From an uncultured Desulfovibrionaceae bacterium (GTDB lineage: Bacteria > Desulfobacterota > Desulfovibrionia > Desulfovibrionales > Desulfovibrionaceae): a stretch of DNA of 48,631 nt. The notes beneath the pieces are model-generated. The model had not been told where the DNA came from, did no database searches, and saw only the letters and a list, made by a program, of their open reading frames with translations. Below are positions 7,223 to 16,775 of the stretch, in pieces. The stretch spans positions 6,647 to 55,277 of the forward strand of contig CAYJFE010000002.1 in NCBI GenBank assembly GCA_964369165.1, in the 5' to 3' direction. The stretch's first letter is position 1, and every line of letters begins with the position of its first letter. A program made the position numbers and the translations under genes.

Positions 7223-9847
7223 ATGAAAGAAGAAGTTCAAATTGTTGGTGCAGGCCCAGGTGCGGTTGATTTGATAACAGTGCGTGGCCTAGATGCCCTT
7301 AAAACTGCAGATTTTGTGCTTTATGCTGGCTCTTTGGTGAATCCTGAGCATTTGGCTGTATGCAAAGATGGCTGTATCACAAAAGATAGCGCAAATATGA
7401 GCCTTGAAGAGCAAGTCGAAAGCATGGCGGAGGCAATAGAAAAAGGTAATAAAGTTGTGCGTTTACATACAGGCGATCCAGCTATGTATGGCGCTATCAA
7501 TGAACAAATTTCACTTCTTGCAAAAAAAGGCATAAAGACGAAAATAGTGCCTGGCGTGAGTTCTGTCTTTGGTGCGGCAGCGGCCTTAGGTTGTGAACTT
7601 ACTGCTCCTGAAATCTCGCAAAGCGTTGTTTTAACACGTACAAAAGGGCGTACTCCTATGCCAGAAGGCGAAAGTCCAGCGGCTTTTGCTAAAACAAAGT
7701 CCACGCTTGTTTTCTTCTTGAGCACAGGCAAAATGGAAGAGCTTACAAAAGAACTTTCCACTGAAGGCGAACTTCCCCTTTCTACGCCCGTGGCCGTTGT
7801 CTATCGTGCAACTTGGCCTGAAGAGCGCATTATCAGAGGAACACTTGCCGACATTGCGCAAAAAGTGCAAGAAGCAGGTTTTGGCAGACAAGCGCTTATC
7901 TTTGTTGGTGAAGCTTTAAGGCAAAGCACTGCAATTCTTGAAGAACTTGAAACTCATAGGGCGCAATCAAAACTTTACGATAAAAACTTCTCGCATGGCT
8001 ACAGAAATATGATTAGTCAAGAAATGTTTCATGGAAAATGCGCTCTCTATGCTTTCACAAAAAAGGGCAAAGCTAGAGCCGAAGAAATTGCAAGAGGATT
8101 AAATCTTCCGCATGAAATCTTCACATTTATGCAAGATAGTGAAAATAAAACATCTTTATCAGAAACTTTGCCAAAGAATTGGCATACTTTTGATGCACAC
8201 ATTTTTGTGGGCGCAACAGGAATAGCCGTGCGCTCCATTGCGCCTTTGCTTGAAAATAAGCTTGTAGATCCTGCCGTTATTGCTTGCCCTGAAAGCGGTA
8301 GTCATATCATGAGCTTGACTTCTGGGCATATAGGCGGAGCAAACAGGCTTGCAAGGCGAATTGCAAGAATTACAGGTGGTCAAGCCGTAATTTCAACTGC
8401 AAGCGATGTGAATGCTCTTCTTGCTTTTGATGAAGCTGTTGCCAGAGAACAGGCTCGTATATTAAATCCACAAGAGATTAAATACTTGAATGCGGCCTTG
8501 TTAGAGGGTGAGGAAATCATTTTTTTAGGCAAGAAATCAGTTTTTGAGGCAATGTATAAAAATAGCAATGTGAAATATTATGAAAGTGCTGATAAACTCA
8601 ATATAAAATACGCAATTGTTTGGGATTATTCAGGAAATACTTCGCATATAGCTCATGTTTTAAAGGTGAAATCTCCTTCTTTTGTGCTTGGAATTGGTTG
8701 TAAGAAAGATACTGATTATGACTTGCTAAAATCTTCCCTTCAAGCATTTTTACAGGAAAATTCGCTTGATTATTCGCATATTGCGCAAATTACTTCCTGC
8801 ACATTAAAAAAAGACGAAGACGCGATTTTACGCCTTGCAAAAGAATTTTCTCTTCCTCTTGAATTTTATGATGAAGAAGAATTGAATAAGGTGAAAGTTC
8901 CAAATCCATCACAGAAAGTGCTTGAAAAAACAGAGAAAACAGCTTCTGTAAGTGAAGCCTCTGCACTTTTTGCCCTCAATAGTATTTTTGAAAATAAAAT
9001 AAGAGCAAATTCACTCTACGCGCCAAAAACAGCCTATGCCTCTTCCATTACTTTTGCACTTGCGCGCATAGGGCATGGAAAAGATATAGAGGCGAATAGA
9101 GCAAGAATGCTCGTGGTAGGGCTTGGTTCTGGAAGCAAAAATCAAATAACACCTGAAGTAATCCAAGCGCTTAGAGAATGCGATATAGTTGCAGGCTACA
9201 CGCCTTATGTCGATTTTATCAGAGATATCGTGCAGGATAAAGAAATTATTCAAAACGGCATGATGGGTGAAGTCGATAGATGTACAAAGGCTCTTGAAGC
9301 AGCGGCAAGAAATACTACTGTTTGCATGGTCTGTTCTGGTGATCCTGGCATACTAGCCATGGCTGGCCTTCTTATGGAATTAAAAACGCAGAATAAGGAA
9401 TTTTCTGAGGTTGAAATTAAGGTAATACCTGGAATTACCTCAGCAAATATTGCGGCGGCAAGCCTTGGTGCTCCATTGCAAAATGGCTTCTGCCTTGTCA
9501 GCCTTTCGGATTTGCTTGTTCCACGTGAGGAAGTGCAAAAAAATCTGCAAGCCGTGGCTCAATCCGCTTTGCCTATTGCTCTTTATAATCCAGCTGGAAA
9601 GAAAAGACGTGAACTTATGGCGCAAGCCCTTGAAATTTTTAAAGAAGCAAGAGGTGAGGATATCTATTGCGCTTATGTGAAAAATGCTGGCAGAGTGAAC
9701 GAAACTAAGTGGATAGGCATTTTGAAAGATTTTCCGCAAGAAGAAGTGGATATGTCCACCTTGCTTATTATAGGCTCAAATCGTACAGTTTTTGAAGAGA
9801 ATATGCTGTACGAAAAACGTGGCTATATGGATAAATACGGTAAGTAA
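7223..9847 (+). CDS. cbiFGH: Trifunctional fusion: CbiF (precorrin-4 C11-methyltransferase) - CbiG (cobalt-precorrin-5A hydrolase) - CbiH (precorrin-3B C17-methyltransferase)
   Basis: 874 aa.
- N-terminus: VQIVGAGPGAVDLITVRGLDALKTADFVLYAGSLV matches CbiF.
- Middle: CbiG N-domain with GHIGGANRLARRIA, then the CbiG C-domain.
- C-terminal ~260 aa: MLVVGLGSGSKNQITPEVIQALRECDIVAGYTPYV matches the CbiH start.
- RBS: AAGGAAGAAAG. Confidence 0.8.
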   Translation: MKEEVQIVGAGPGAVDLITVRGLDALKTADFVLYAGSLVNPEHLAVCKDGCITKDSANMSLEEQVESMAEAIEKGNKVVRLHTGDPAMYGAINEQISLLAKKGIKTKIVPGVSSVFGAAAALGCELTAPEISQSVVLTRTKGRTPMPEGESPAAFAKTKSTLVFFLSTGKMEELTKELSTEGELPLSTPVAVVYRATWPEERIIRGTLADIAQKVQEAGFGRQALIFVGEALRQSTAILEELETHRAQSKLYDKNFSHGYRNMISQEMFHGKCALYAFTKKGKARAEEIARGLNLPHEIFTFMQDSENKTSLSETLPKNWHTFDAHIFVGATGIAVRSIAPLLENKLVDPAVIACPESGSHIMSLTSGHIGGANRLARRIARITGGQAVISTASDVNALLAFDEAVAREQARILNPQEIKYLNAALLEGEEIIFLGKKSVFEAMYKNSNVKYYESADKLNIKYAIVWDYSGNTSHIAHVLKVKSPSFVLGIGCKKDTDYDLLKSSLQAFLQENSLDYSHIAQITSCTLKKDEDAILRLAKEFSLPLEFYDEEELNKVKVPNPSQKVLEKTEKTASVSEASALFALNSIFENKIRANSLYAPKTAYASSITFALARIGHGKDIEANRARMLVVGLGSGSKNQITPEVIQALRECDIVAGYTPYVDFIRDIVQDKEIIQNGMMGEVDRCTKALEAAARNTTVCMVCSGDPGILAMAGLLMELKTQNKEFSEVEIKVIPGITSANIAAASLGAPLQNGFCLVSLSDLLVPREEVQKNLQAVAQSALPIALYNPAGKKRRELMAQALEIFKEARGEDIYCAYVKNAGRVNETKWIGILKDFPQEEVDMSTLLIIGSNRTVFEENMLYEKRGYMDKYGK

Positions 9848-9848
9848 T

Positions 9849-11249
9849 ATGGCGAAATTACACGCTTTTACTATAGCTGCAATACGATCAGGGGAAGGCA
9901 AAACCACAGTGAGCCTTGCGCTTATGCGTCTTTTAGCACGCAGATTTAAAACCCAAGCTTTCAAGTGTGGGCCTGATTATATTGATCCTACTTTTCATGA
10001 AATGGTGACTTCAAGAGCTTGCTATAATCTTGATACTTGGATTATGGGAAAAGACGAGGTGAAGCGTGTTTTTGCTGAACGCACTGCCGATGCTGAATGC
10101 TGTGTGTGCGAAGGAGTTATGGGGCTTTTTGACGGGAAGATACACGCCAAAAAAACTTCTTCAGATGAAAATAATGCAGAAGAAAAGAGTATTTTACCTT
10201 CGCTTGAGGGAAGCACGGCGCATATTGCACAAATTCTTGATATTCCAATAGTTTTGATTGTGAATGCTAAGGGAATGGCTTCTTCCATTGCGGCTTTAGT
10301 GGAAGGCTTTGTGCTTCACGCTGAGAAATATGGCCTGAAGATAGCTGGAATTATTGCAAATAATGTAGGTAGTGCAAGGCATGCGGATATTCTCCGTCAA
10401 GCCCTTGAAAACTGGAAATTGCCACCATTAATCGCTTATTTGCCACGAAAAGCAGAATGGAGTGTTGACGATAGGCAGCTTGGCCTTGTGCCCTTGAATG
10501 AAACAAAAAAAGATCTTTATTGGGCAGATGCCATAGCGGACGAATTAGAAAAAAACATTGATCTAGACTTGCTTTTAGAGCAATGCGCAAAGAAAAAAGA
10601 AATTCCGCAAATTGAAGAAAAAGAAGCAAAAAAAACGTTAAATTTCCAGAAAAAAATCCTTGGCATTGCAAAAGATGCGTCTTTTTGCTTTCATTATGAA
10701 GAAAATATCAAGGCACTTGAAAGGTTTGGCTGGAAATTGCAATTTTTCTCGCCCCTCGAAGACAAAAAACTTCCTAAAGTCGACGCTCTCTATTTTGCTG
10801 GTGGTTATCCTGAAATTTTTGCAGAAAGGCTTTCAAAAAATACTTCAATGCGCCACGCAATAAAAGATTTTGCTGAAAATGATGGAGCAATTTTTGCTGA
10901 ATGCGGTGGTTATATGTATCTTACTGAAAAACTTTGTTTGCCAAAGCAAGAGCTTGAATATCCTTTATGCTCAGTGATTGAAGGGAAAGCGATTATGGGA
11001 AATCGTTTGAAATCATTGGGTTATAGAGAAATGGCACTATTGAACGACACGGTTTTTTGCCCCACCAGTGAGAAGAATAAAATTTTTCGTGGGCATGAAT
11101 TTCATTGGAGTGATATAGAATTATTCAAAAACTACAGCCCCTTAGCGAATGTTGATGGCATAGGGCATGGTGTAGTTTATAAAAATGTTTGTGCGAGTTA
11201 TCTTCATTTCTATTGGGGAAACAGAGCCTTAGATAGAATAGAGCAGTAA
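9849..11249 (+). CDS. cbiA: Cobyrinate a,c-diamide synthase
   Basis: The ATG at 9849 is 1 nt after the cbiFGH stop. It gives 466 aa starting MAKLHAFTIAAIRSGEGKTTVSLALM, which is the CbiA/CobB ATP-binding motif. A C-terminal glutamine amidotransferase-like domain carries a conserved Cys (FAECGG). The track start at 9792 is an alternate-start extension into cbiFGH. Confidence 0.85.
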   Translation: MAKLHAFTIAAIRSGEGKTTVSLALMRLLARRFKTQAFKCGPDYIDPTFHEMVTSRACYNLDTWIMGKDEVKRVFAERTADAECCVCEGVMGLFDGKIHAKKTSSDENNAEEKSILPSLEGSTAHIAQILDIPIVLIVNAKGMASSIAALVEGFVLHAEKYGLKIAGIIANNVGSARHADILRQALENWKLPPLIAYLPRKAEWSVDDRQLGLVPLNETKKDLYWADAIADELEKNIDLDLLLEQCAKKKEIPQIEEKEAKKTLNFQKKILGIAKDASFCFHYEENIKALERFGWKLQFFSPLEDKKLPKVDALYFAGGYPEIFAERLSKNTSMRHAIKDFAENDGAIFAECGGYMYLTEKLCLPKQELEYPLCSVIEGKAIMGNRLKSLGYREMALLNDTVFCPTSEKNKIFRGHEFHWSDIELFKNYSPLANVDGIGHGVVYKNVCASYLHFYWGNRALDRIEQ

Positions 11250-12167
11250 AAAGACATAAAGCAAGAAGGCAACCTTTGCATTGATAATACAAGTTTGTAT
11301 GACATCTTTATGTAATAATTCTCGTGGATTATCGCCAATATAGGCTTTTTCTACTTTTTGCCCAAAATAGATATTTGTACCGCCAAGTTGGCAATTTAAA
11401 ATGCCTGCAAGGGCGGCTTCGGGATAGATAGCATTCGGGCTTTTGTGCGCATTCCTAAATCTATAAATGAAGGCAAAGCGATTTTTAAAAGTCACACAGC
11501 ACATCAGTAAAGCGGTTAAACGAGAGGGAAGGAAATTCGCAACATCATCGACTTTTGCTGAGAAAAATCCAAAATCTTTATATTTTTCACTTGTGTAGCC
11601 AATCATAGAATCTAAAGTATTGATCATTTTATAGGCAAACATCAGAGGAATGCCACCTATAAAAAAGAAGAAAATAGGCGCAACAAGGCCATCGCTTAAA
11701 TTTTCTGATAAAGTTTCAAGCACAGCACTTCGTATCTTGTGCGGATTAAGTTCGCTTGTATCACGCCCAACAATCATGCTCAAAGCCTTGCGTGCCTTTG
11801 ATAAATCCTTTGTTTTGCCTTCTTCAAACAAAAGAAGTTCTTTTTCCACTTTAAGCCCTTCTTTGATGAGGCAATGCGCACTTAATCCATAATAAAAGAA
11901 AATGCCATTGAATAGACAAAGAATTAGTGGGAATGCACTAAGACAGAATTGAATGAGGGAGAAGAAAATAAAAGTAAGCAATACTAGGCTTATGCAGACG
12001 AAAGCGCCTTTGATTTTTTTATGCTCTCCATTATTAAATTTAGTATTTGCATAAGAAATAGCATTCCCAAAAAGCCTGATTGGGTGTGGCAAAGAATAAG
12101 GATCGCCAAAAAGAGTGTCTAGACTTATGCCTATAAGAATGCTGATAAAAGTGTAAGATAATTCCAT
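11229..12167 (-). CDS. cbiB: Adenosylcobinamide-phosphate synthase (CbiB/CobD family membrane protein)
   Basis: 312 aa polytopic membrane protein with CbiB-like conserved blocks (…MIVGRDTSELNPHKIRSAVLETLSENLSDG…). Its 3' end overlaps the cbiA 3' end by 21 nt (convergent). Confidence 0.8.
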   Translation of the reverse strand: MELSYTFISILIGISLDTLFGDPYSLPHPIRLFGNAISYANTKFNNGEHKKIKGAFVCISLVLLTFIFFSLIQFCLSAFPLILCLFNGIFFYYGLSAHCLIKEGLKVEKELLLFEEGKTKDLSKARKALSMIVGRDTSELNPHKIRSAVLETLSENLSDGLVAPIFFFFIGGIPLMFAYKMINTLDSMIGYTSEKYKDFGFFSAKVDDVANFLPSRLTALLMCCVTFKNRFAFIYRFRNAHKSPNAIYPEAALAGILNCQLGGTNIYFGQKVEKAYIGDNPRELLHKDVIQTCIINAKVAFLLYVFLLLYSI

Positions 12168-12170
12168 TAT

Positions 12171-13232
12171 TTATTTTATCCACTTTTTCAATGCATCAAG
12201 CAAAATAATATTGTCTTCTCTTTTTTGTGCGGCAAGCCTAAAATATCTTTCATCGAGCGAGCGAAAATTTGAGGCATCACGGATTAAAATACCATGCTCT
12301 TCTCTAAGATATTTTGAAAGATTTTTCACATCTTTATTGTTCTTTTCTGCTTTGTTATGGTGTTCAGATATTTTGCACAAAAAGAAATTGCAGCTTGAAG
12401 CTTCAACTTCAAAAAGAGGAATTTTCTTAATCTCTTCTTGCAAAAAGAGAGATTCTTCAATGAGTTGCTCCTGATTTAAAAGAAGTTTTTCATAATTTTG
12501 CATAATATACTCACCCGCCTTGATGGCCAATGCATTCACAGTCCAGGGGGCACGCATAGTATTTATTTTATTTATAATATTTTCATGGGCGAGAATAAAA
12601 CCAAGCCTTAGTCCAGGTATGCCAAATGACTTAGTTAATGAATGTATACAGATTAAATTTTGTGCTATGCCGTCTTCGTATTCTCTATTGCTTGAAAGCT
12701 CATTATAGGCTCTATCAAGCAAAAAATAGCTAAGAGGATAATCTTGGCACTTTTGTTTGATTTCTTCAGCCTTTACTCTGTATCCATCTGGATTATTAGG
12801 AGAACAAAGCCACACAGAATCAAATGAAGTGTAATCTAGGTGTGAAAAATCCAAGAGATTTTTATATTCTAGTTCGTGTGAAAAGAGTGCGCACGAATCT
12901 TCATATTCAGCAAATGATGGCGTAAAAACTAAGGATTTACACTTTTTTGCTGAAGAAGTTTGTGTTGCTAACCAATGCGCAAGAATATAAAAAGCCTCCG
13001 CCGAACCATTTGTTACAAGTATATTTTCTTCCTTGGCGTGATAATGGGTGGCAATTTGCTGTGTAAGCTTTGTCGCATTTGGGTCAGGATAGTTTTTAAT
13101 GCAATCTAGTTCATTTTTCAGGTATTCTAAAATAAGATCTGACTTATTGTTATAGGCAACATTTGAACTAAAATCTATTTTGATTTTTTTTCTATCGTAT
13201 TGATAAATATTATTTCCGTGCCCATTAATCAT
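12171..13232 (-). CDS. cobD: L-threonine-O-3-phosphate decarboxylase (class I/II aminotransferase fold)
   Basis: 353 aa. PLP-lysine context SLTKSFGIPGLRLGF. HisC-like architecture. Lies between cobT and cbiB, as in the Salmonella-type cob operon. Confidence 0.75.
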   Translation of the reverse strand: MINGHGNNIYQYDRKKIKIDFSSNVAYNNKSDLILEYLKNELDCIKNYPDPNATKLTQQIATHYHAKEENILVTNGSAEAFYILAHWLATQTSSAKKCKSLVFTPSFAEYEDSCALFSHELEYKNLLDFSHLDYTSFDSVWLCSPNNPDGYRVKAEEIKQKCQDYPLSYFLLDRAYNELSSNREYEDGIAQNLICIHSLTKSFGIPGLRLGFILAHENIINKINTMRAPWTVNALAIKAGEYIMQNYEKLLLNQEQLIEESLFLQEEIKKIPLFEVEASSCNFFLCKISEHHNKAEKNNKDVKNLSKYLREEHGILIRDASNFRSLDERYFRLAAQKREDNIILLDALKKWIK

Positions 13233-13256
13233 AATAATTCCAAGAGTTATGATGCC

Positions 13257-14345
13257 TTACGCTTCAATGTCATAAAGAGCGTAGACTTCTTTCATGGTTT
13301 TTATTTGTTTTGGAACTTCAAGCGCAGTTTTTATAATAGGATAGGCAAGCACCGCTCCTGTGCCCTCACCAAGGCGCATATTTAAATCTAAAAATGTTTT
13401 TATTCCAATCTCTTGCAAGATAATTTTCATACCAGGTTCTTCACTGCAGTGTGAGGCAATGAGATAATCTTTTATTTTTGGTTCAAGTCTATACGCCACA
13501 AGTGCTGCGGTTGCTGAGATAAAACCATCTATAATCATAGGTTTTCTTTCAATTGCCGCACCAAGATACAAGCCCACTAAGCAGGCAAGATCAAGGCCTC
13601 CCACGTGTTGCAAAATGACAAGAGGTGACTTGTCTTTTAATTGATATTTATTGAAAGCATCTAAGACTACAGCTTTTTTGCGCTCAAGCCCTTCATCAGA
13701 AAGACCTCCGCCACGCCCAACAACATCATCAAGATTTGCCTCTGTCAGCGCGTAAAGCACAGCCGCACTTGTGCAAGTGTTTCCAATGCCCATTTCACCA
13801 TTTGAAAAGAAATCGGCATCTTTTTTTTCTTTTATAAGCTCAATACCAGTGATAATAGCGTGCAAAGTTTCTTCTTTAGTCATTGCAGCTTCTTCTGCAA
13901 AATTCTTTGTGCCATACGCGATTTTCTTGTTATAGAAATTGGAATAGGTATTGAATTTTTCGGCTAAATCATTCTTTATGCCAATATCTATCACATTGAG
14001 TTCAACCTCATGCAAGCGGCAAAATAAGCCTATAGTGCAGATTTTATCGAGCATTGTTTCTGAAACAAGCTTTGTGAAAAATGGCGGTGAAGAGGAAATA
14101 TTTTCTTCAATGACACCATTATCAGCAGAAGCGACAAAGTGGCAAGGGTTTTGAATAGAATTAGTTGGTTTTCCTGTGATTCCTGCTATTTGTACAGCTA
14201 AATCTTCAAGATAGCCAAGGCTTTGAAAGGGAATGAAGCGTGTGTCAGTCAGTTGTCTGCACATTTTCATGCTTTCTAAATCTACTTTCTCAATTTGCGC
14301 AATATAATTATTTAATGCTTGCTCTAATTCTTGCATTTTACTCAC
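13257..14345 (-). CDS. cobT: Nicotinate-nucleotide--dimethylbenzimidazole phosphoribosyltransferase
   Basis: 362 aa. CobT signature GEMGIGNTCTSAAV and overall length. First gene of the minus-strand cobT-cobD-cbiB operon. Confidence 0.85.
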   Translation of the reverse strand: MSKMQELEQALNNYIAQIEKVDLESMKMCRQLTDTRFIPFQSLGYLEDLAVQIAGITGKPTNSIQNPCHFVASADNGVIEENISSSPPFFTKLVSETMLDKICTIGLFCRLHEVELNVIDIGIKNDLAEKFNTYSNFYNKKIAYGTKNFAEEAAMTKEETLHAIITGIELIKEKKDADFFSNGEMGIGNTCTSAAVLYALTEANLDDVVGRGGGLSDEGLERKKAVVLDAFNKYQLKDKSPLVILQHVGGLDLACLVGLYLGAAIERKPMIIDGFISATAALVAYRLEPKIKDYLIASHCSEEPGMKIILQEIGIKTFLDLNMRLGEGTGAVLAYPIIKTALEVPKQIKTMKEVYALYDIEA

Positions 14346-14387
14346 CGATGTGCTAGAAATTATGTTGAAAAACTAGCTCTAAGTTTA

Positions 14388-14396
14388 TGGTATATT
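14388..14396 (+). promoter_or_regulatory. Extended -10 element (TGgTATATT) in the divergent cobT / orphan-gene intergenic region
   Basis: TGnTATATT read directly, ~85 nt upstream of the GTG start at 14482. A TTGAAA at 14365-14370 is 20 nt away, which is too far for a canonical -35. Confidence 0.25.
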
Positions 14397-14481
14397 ACAA
14401 TTACTGTCAAACTTTAAATCTTAGAGATTCAATATTTACTACATGATTTTATTTGGAAAAATTTTTATAAAGGAATAAAAA

Positions 14482-15228
14482 GTGCTTACTATAGATAAAG
14501 ATTTACTTGTGAAAGATAGCGAACTTATTCTTGCGCTTGGCCATACTTTTTCTGCGGAAGATAAAAAACATATTCAGGAAAAAAATATAAAGATAAAGTT
14601 TAAAGACGAGCAAGGAAAAATGTTTGTGCTTTCTGAAAATGTTGAGGGTGATCTGAGGCCAATACACGCGCTCAAAGCAAAGAGCAACCTACCTATATTT
14701 ACAGAGGAAGATTTTAAAGAATTTCCAAAAGTAAAATTAAATACAGCTTTCAATGCAAAAAGTGAAATCTTTAAAGGTGATATACAGATTAAATTTCGTG
14801 CTGAGCTTGACGAAATTCTTGCCTTTGTGCTTTGCCTCCAAAAAAAATCTCAAAATAAAACAGCGCTTATTTGGCTCAATGCCATACACGCAATTTTGCG
14901 CAATGTTATGTCGGCTTCTTGCAGGCATACTGTATTACAAGCATTTGAAATTGCAGGATTAAGCGCAGATACTATCCATGCCTACTCTCACAATCCTCTC
15001 AAGCATTTAGGCCATGATCATATCATACCTTCCATTGAGCTTTCTGAAGAAACTTTAGGCATAAATATGCTCAGAGCAAAAATTAGAGCGATGGAAGTTA
15101 CAGCCTATGCTATCTATTGCGATACTGAAAGCATGAGCTGTTCAAGGCCTGATTTACTCTATACTCTCAACCGTTTATCGTCAGCTGCCTACGTGCTTAT
15201 GCATATAGTAGAAAAAGAATTAGCTTAA
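14482..15228 (+). CDS. Hypothetical protein (no recognisable family) embedded in the B12 locus
   Basis: 248 aa ORF with a GTG start preceded by AAGGAATAAAAA (SD-like). No TM segments and no P-loop. Its 3' end overlaps the cobQ 3' end by 9 nt (convergent). Confidence 0.5.
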   Translation: MLTIDKDLLVKDSELILALGHTFSAEDKKHIQEKNIKIKFKDEQGKMFVLSENVEGDLRPIHALKAKSNLPIFTEEDFKEFPKVKLNTAFNAKSEIFKGDIQIKFRAELDEILAFVLCLQKKSQNKTALIWLNAIHAILRNVMSASCRHTVLQAFEIAGLSADTIHAYSHNPLKHLGHDHIIPSIELSEETLGINMLRAKIRAMEVTAYAIYCDTESMSCSRPDLLYTLNRLSSAAYVLMHIVEKELA

Positions 15229-16704
15229 GCAATTGTAGATATAGTCCATGTCTACACACTCTCTTGTGCGCTTTGCAAGTAGGGTGTAATTTTCTTCTTT
15301 CATTTGTTCATAATCGTGAACAGAGTGCGGAGAACTTGTCTTTTCACAAGCATTTAATATGCTCTCTATCACGCTTTTATTGTCTAAAATTCCGTGGATA
15401 TAACTGCCCCAGCATTTTTCGGAAATATAGCAGCCATCGTTAGAACCATTGTCTAGCTGACAAAGAGGATTTGCCTTAGAATTAGAGCTAAAGCTTATTC
15501 CAGCATGAATTTCATAGCCCTTGCCTGTGCAATTTTGATTGACAAAACTAAAAGAGCATTGCCTTGTGGTTTTGCCCTCTTCAATCACACTTTGTATAGG
15601 AAGAATGCCAAGCCCTGCCATGCTTTCTACCTCGCCTTCAATGTGTTTAGGGTCGCGCACAATTTCACCCATCATTTGATAGCCACCACAAATGCCGTAA
15701 AGGCTTTTGCCCTTTGCGTGATGAGATAAAATTGCTTTTGCAAGTTTTTTTTCGCGTAAATAGGTTAAATCACCAATAGTATTTTTTGAACCAGGCAGAA
15801 TGAGGATATCCATTTTTTCAATTTCGTCAGCTTCTTGGATATAGACAAGATTGACATTGTCTACCATTTCTAACATATTGAAATCAGTAAAGTTTGAAAT
15901 GCTTTTTAAAAGAATAACACCTATATTGATTTCATTTTCTTTCTCTTTTGAACTTTTTTTGAGCTTCTTTTCAAGAGCAACAGAATCTTCTTGTTCAATA
16001 AAAATATCAGTAAAATAAGGCAGAATTCCCACTACTGGTATTTTTGTTAAATCTTCAATAATTTGCTTACCCTTTTCAAAAAGAGAGATATCTCCGCGAA
16101 ATTTATTGACAATAATGCCCTTTATCAAAGCTCTTTCTTCTTCGGGTAATAAAGCAATAGAGCCGTAAACTGAGGCAAAAAGCCCGCCTTTATCAATGTC
16201 AGCCACCAAAAAAGTGCAGGCATTTGCGTGAAGCGCCATCTTCATATTTACAATGTCTTTATCCCATAAATTCATTTCTGATATACTGCCAGCGCCTTCC
16301 ATAACTACTGGATTGTATTGGCTATTTAATCTATTGAAAGCCATTTTTACTTCTTTGAAAAGCTCCGCTTTATTGTCTTTCAAAAAATAGTCAGCCGCGC
16401 TTTTATTGCCAGCAGGCTTTCCGTGTAGGACTAACTGAGATGTCAAATTATTATTGGGTTTTAGCAAAACTGGGTTCATGTCTGTTGTGCAAGCTATTCC
16501 ACAAGCTTCCGCTTGCACAGCTTGTGCACGCCCTATTTCAAGATTATCACTTGTTGCATAACTATTGAGCGACATATTTTGAGCCTTAAAGGGGGCAGGA
16601 GTGTAGCCATCTTCTTTAAAAATTCGGCAAAATGCGGTGGTTACAATTGATTTGCCTACGTCTGAACCCGTGCCAACAAGCATCATGGCTTTTAATTTTT
16701 TCAT
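15220..16704 (-). CDS. cobQ: Cobyric acid synthase (CobQ/CbiP)
   Basis: The ATG at 16704 gives 494 aa starting MKKLKAMMLVGTGSDVGKSIVTTAFCRIF, which is the CobQ N-terminal dethiobiotin-synthetase-like P-loop. A C-terminal glutamine amidotransferase domain carries GICGGYQMMG. The track start at 16719 is TTG. Confidence 0.85.
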   Translation of the reverse strand: MKKLKAMMLVGTGSDVGKSIVTTAFCRIFKEDGYTPAPFKAQNMSLNSYATSDNLEIGRAQAVQAEACGIACTTDMNPVLLKPNNNLTSQLVLHGKPAGNKSAADYFLKDNKAELFKEVKMAFNRLNSQYNPVVMEGAGSISEMNLWDKDIVNMKMALHANACTFLVADIDKGGLFASVYGSIALLPEEERALIKGIIVNKFRGDISLFEKGKQIIEDLTKIPVVGILPYFTDIFIEQEDSVALEKKLKKSSKEKENEINIGVILLKSISNFTDFNMLEMVDNVNLVYIQEADEIEKMDILILPGSKNTIGDLTYLREKKLAKAILSHHAKGKSLYGICGGYQMMGEIVRDPKHIEGEVESMAGLGILPIQSVIEEGKTTRQCSFSFVNQNCTGKGYEIHAGISFSSNSKANPLCQLDNGSNDGCYISEKCWGSYIHGILDNKSVIESILNACEKTSSPHSVHDYEQMKEENYTLLAKRTRECVDMDYIYNCLS

Positions 16705-16740
16705 AATAATGGCTCTCAAAAAAGTTGAAATTTGTTCTCG

Positions 16741-16769
16741 TTTCTAACATTCTCTACACTGCTTGTCAA
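16741..16769 (-). promoter_or_regulatory. Weak putative cobQ promoter (minus strand TTGACA-17-TAGAAA)
   Basis: On the minus strand, TTGACA is the reverse complement of 16764-16769. A 17-nt spacer follows, then TAGAAA (reverse complement of 16741-16746). Confidence 0.25.
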
Positions 16770-16775
16770 ATAAGC

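Noticed and set aside
7321-8568. Minus-strand ORFs (7321..7761, 7631..7891, 8047..8238, 8159..8383, 8380..8568) within cbiFGH
   Set aside because: They are antisense to a reading frame carrying three recognisable enzyme domains. Their translations are Ser/Cys/Ala-rich low-complexity.
9792-9848. N-terminal extension of cbiA from 9792
   Set aside because: It overlaps the cbiFGH 3' end. The ATG at 9849, 1 nt after the cbiFGH stop, gives the canonical CbiA start MAKLHAF…GEGKTT.
14482-15228. Assigning the orphan 248-aa protein as CbiJ (precorrin-6A reductase)
   Set aside because: Only a weak N-terminal resemblance (LILALGHT vs LLLGGT) was seen, with no convincing Rossmann pattern or C-terminal CbiJ blocks. 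It is left as hypothetical and flagged for an HMM test.
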